From an uncultured Phycisphaerales bacterium (lineage in GTDB: Bacteria > Planctomycetota > Phycisphaerae > Phycisphaerales > SM1A02), in NCBI GenBank assembly GCA_938084645.1, contig CALKEP010000085.1:1-16212 (forward strand): a stretch of DNA of 16,212 bases, given 5' to 3'. How positions within the stretch are numbered: the first letter of the stretch is position 1; every line of letters begins with the position of its first letter. A program made the position numbers and the translations under genes. Shown here one piece after another: positions 14,086-16,212 of the stretch. Under the pieces are notes generated by a model. The model was not told the origin of the DNA and ran no database searches. It saw nothing but the letters and a program-made list of their open reading frames with translations.

Positions 14086-16212
14086 ATGAAGATTCGACCG
14101 GTGATCGTGCTCGCCCTCGCCCTCACTGCGGCGGCCGCCGCGGCGCCGCCACATGTCGTCTTCGTGGTGGGGGAAGGCGAGTACCGCTCCGAGTGGTCGA
14201 TGCCGGCGCTGGCCGATCTCCTCGAACGGGAGCACGGGTTCGAGACCACGGTGCTCGTCGATCGTCGTCTGAACGGCGGCCCGGGCAACGACATCGAAGG
14301 TCTCGAGGCGCTGGAGGACGCGGATCTCGCGGTGTTCTACGTTCGCTTCCGGCAACTGCCCCAGGAACAGCTCGACCGGATCGCCGAGTTCGTCGAGGGC
14401 GGCGGGGCGGTCGTCGGGTTCCGCACCTCGACCCACGCGTTCGACTACCCCGAGGACGATCCGCGGGCCGAGCGCTGGAACGACTTCGGGGCGGACGTGC
14501 TCGGCGCGCCGTGGAAGTACCACTACGGCCACGATTCCCGAACGGCGGTGAGCACGGTGGAGAACGCTGGCGACGCGGTCCTGTCCGGCGTGCCCGAGGA
14601 CTTCGGCGTCCGATCATGGACCTACCACGTCCGCGACGACTTCCCACCCGACGATGCCACGGTGCTGGCCCTCGGACGACCGATCGGCCCGGACGACGAA
14701 GCGGGCGACGATGAGACGGTCAATCCGCTCGCGTGGACCTGGATCCGGCCCGACGGCGGCCGGACCTTCACCACCACGATGGGGCATCCCCGGGACTTCT
14801 CGCAGCCGGGCTTCCGGCAGCTCGTGGTGAACGGCATCCACTGGGCGCTGGAGATGCCGACCCCGGAGGATGGCGTCGGGTCGTTTCCTCGCTTCAAGGA
14901 GCGCACGGGCGAGCCGTGGCAGGACATGGACTACGGGCCGTTCCTCTCCGCGGCGATCGAAGTGGATTCCGAAAACATCGCCTCGAAGGGCATCGCGATT
15001 CCGTTGAACGACGACGGCTCCACCGCAGCGCTCTTCGACACCGCGGAACTTCGCTGGGCGGCCGGTTGGCAAGGCGACTTCGTGGAACTTCGCGGCATCG
15101 TCTACGACGGACCGCACGGAACCTGGCCCCGGATCGCGGGCGAGCCCGATTGGACCAATCCCGCCGGACCGGGGATCGACGCGGAGATCGGCGGCCGCTT
15201 CGACGACCCCCGGGCGGTCCCGTTCGGCCCGCTGCCGAAGGACCTCGGGCGTTTCGAGGGACTGGTGGCCGGTGAGGATGGCATCGTTCTTCGCTACACG
15301 GTCGGGGACGCGACGATCTTCGAACGCATGACCGCCGATGATCGCGACGACCTCCTGGTGTGGTCGCGGGAGATCGAAGTCGCCGACGTCGCGGCGCCGT
15401 TCGATCTCTCGATCTTCGGGATCGAGGCGGGCGTCACGCTCGATGCCGGGGAGAACCCACGATGGCCGTTCGAGACGAAGGAAGGTCGTCGCGTGGCCGT
15501 CGTCAAGGATGACGACGAGGTGATCGGGGCCATTGGCTGGGTGGGTTCGGGCCCGCTGATGTCCGAGCCTCGCGGGGCAGGGAAGGCTGCGGTCATCGGC
15601 GGGGCGAATCTCCAGCCGGACCGATTCACCACGAGAATTATGCCGCCGCCCGAAGAGGCCGGTGACGGCCGATTCCGACTCCTCTTCGCGTCACTCGACG
15701 AGGATCGGCTTCCCGACTTCCTCGATCGCGTCGACACCGCCGAGCGGGGTGGGAATCTCCAGTCGGTCTGGAACACCGGAAGTCCGAGCCGGTGGACCGA
15801 AACGCTCGCCCGTGAGGGCGAACTCGACGTCCGGTTCGGCGAACCCGACGACTCGGTGGAGATCATCAGGCTCGGTCCCGGCGGTGCGACGTTGTCCAAC
15901 GCGGGCGATCCGGGTTCGACCCCGAAGCTGTTCGGGATGGATGGAATCGAACTCGATGCGAAAAGCGCTCCGATCGACGAGGCGATCATGGTCTTCGAGG
16001 ATCGTTCCGAGAACCCACCGCCGCCGGTCGCGGGTTGGGACTTCGACGAGGAACCGGCGCCCGTGATGCGAAACGTGGTGCGGGACGCTGGTGATCTTCG
16101 TCTCGAGGGCGTGACCTGGAGGCGCGGGGTCCGCGGCCGGTCACTCGACTTCGACGGCACGGCGCGGGCCGTCTGGACCAGGGCGGGAGCCATCGATCCG
16201 GCGACGACGCCG
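14086..16212 (+). CDS. Large secreted multidomain protein: ThuA-like domain, DUF6797-like region and start of a LamG/ConA-like domain (3' end outside window, at least 709 aa)
   Basis: Translated by hand and open to the window end, so absent from the ORF track. GGAG SD at 14076-14079; TAGACT at 14033-14038; signal peptide MKIRPVIVLALALTAAAAA. ThuA-like GEGEYRSE, GFRTSTHAF, TTMGHPRDF and VNGIHWAL; then MDYGPFLS..KGIAI..FDTAELRW; then VAGWDFDE..GVRGRSLDFDG. Confidence 0.85.
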   Translation, partial: MKIRPVIVLALALTAAAAAAPPHVVFVVGEGEYRSEWSMPALADLLEREHGFETTVLVDRRLNGGPGNDIEGLEALEDADLAVFYVRFRQLPQEQLDRIAEFVEGGGAVVGFRTSTHAFDYPEDDPRAERWNDFGADVLGAPWKYHYGHDSRTAVSTVENAGDAVLSGVPEDFGVRSWTYHVRDDFPPDDATVLALGRPIGPDDEAGDDETVNPLAWTWIRPDGGRTFTTTMGHPRDFSQPGFRQLVVNGIHWALEMPTPEDGVGSFPRFKERTGEPWQDMDYGPFLSAAIEVDSENIASKGIAIPLNDDGSTAALFDTAELRWAAGWQGDFVELRGIVYDGPHGTWPRIAGEPDWTNPAGPGIDAEIGGRFDDPRAVPFGPLPKDLGRFEGLVAGEDGIVLRYTVGDATIFERMTADDRDDLLVWSREIEVADVAAPFDLSIFGIEAGVTLDAGENPRWPFETKEGRRVAVVKDDDEVIGAIGWVGSGPLMSEPRGAGKAAVIGGANLQPDRFTTRIMPPPEEAGDGRFRLLFASLDEDRLPDFLDRVDTAERGGNLQSVWNTGSPSRWTETLAREGELDVRFGEPDDSVEIIRLGPGGATLSNAGDPGSTPKLFGMDGIELDAKSAPIDEAIMVFEDRSENPPPPVAGWDFDEEPAPVMRNVVRDAGDLRLEGVTWRRGVRGRSLDFDGTARAVWTRAGAIDPATTP

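Noticed and set aside
12928..16193. Long minus-strand ORFs (534 aa, 299 aa, 174 aa and others)
   Set aside because: They are antisense shadows of mnmG, the 13290 gene and the ThuA-like gene. One runs through the tRNA.

Overview
A high-GC (roughly 70% by eye) bacterial chromosomal window of mostly housekeeping genes, probably Planctomycetota, possibly Phycisphaerales-like (inferred from the dispersed atp and dna genes, a long-form ThiE and a large secreted ThuA-type protein). Gene order: Mn-type SOD (-); ThiD2-ThiE fusion and a PhnP-like metallo-beta-lactamase (+); orphan atpG (+); rhodanese-like lipoprotein lacking the catalytic Cys (-); DsbD-N/ScsB-alpha-like protein and an exported redoxin (+); dnaN (-); small membrane zinc-ribbon protein (+); hypothetical (-); YwlE-like phosphatase and rpiB (+); pepA (-); mnmG and a hypothetical (+); tRNA-Thr(TGT) (-); and a secreted ThuA/LamG-like protein of at least 709 aa that runs off the window and is missing from the ORF track. 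I saw no mobile element, CRISPR array or defence system, and cannot claim a new multi-gene system. The most interesting signals are regulatory or compositional: four genes look leaderless (TAnnnT 6-7 nt before the ATG); dissimilar terminator hairpins share TCGACGA...TCTCGT flanks instead of U-tracts; CGATCG is dense; TCCAC motifs cluster upstream of a dnaA-less dnaN; and there is an envelope redox module with no membrane DsbD domain.
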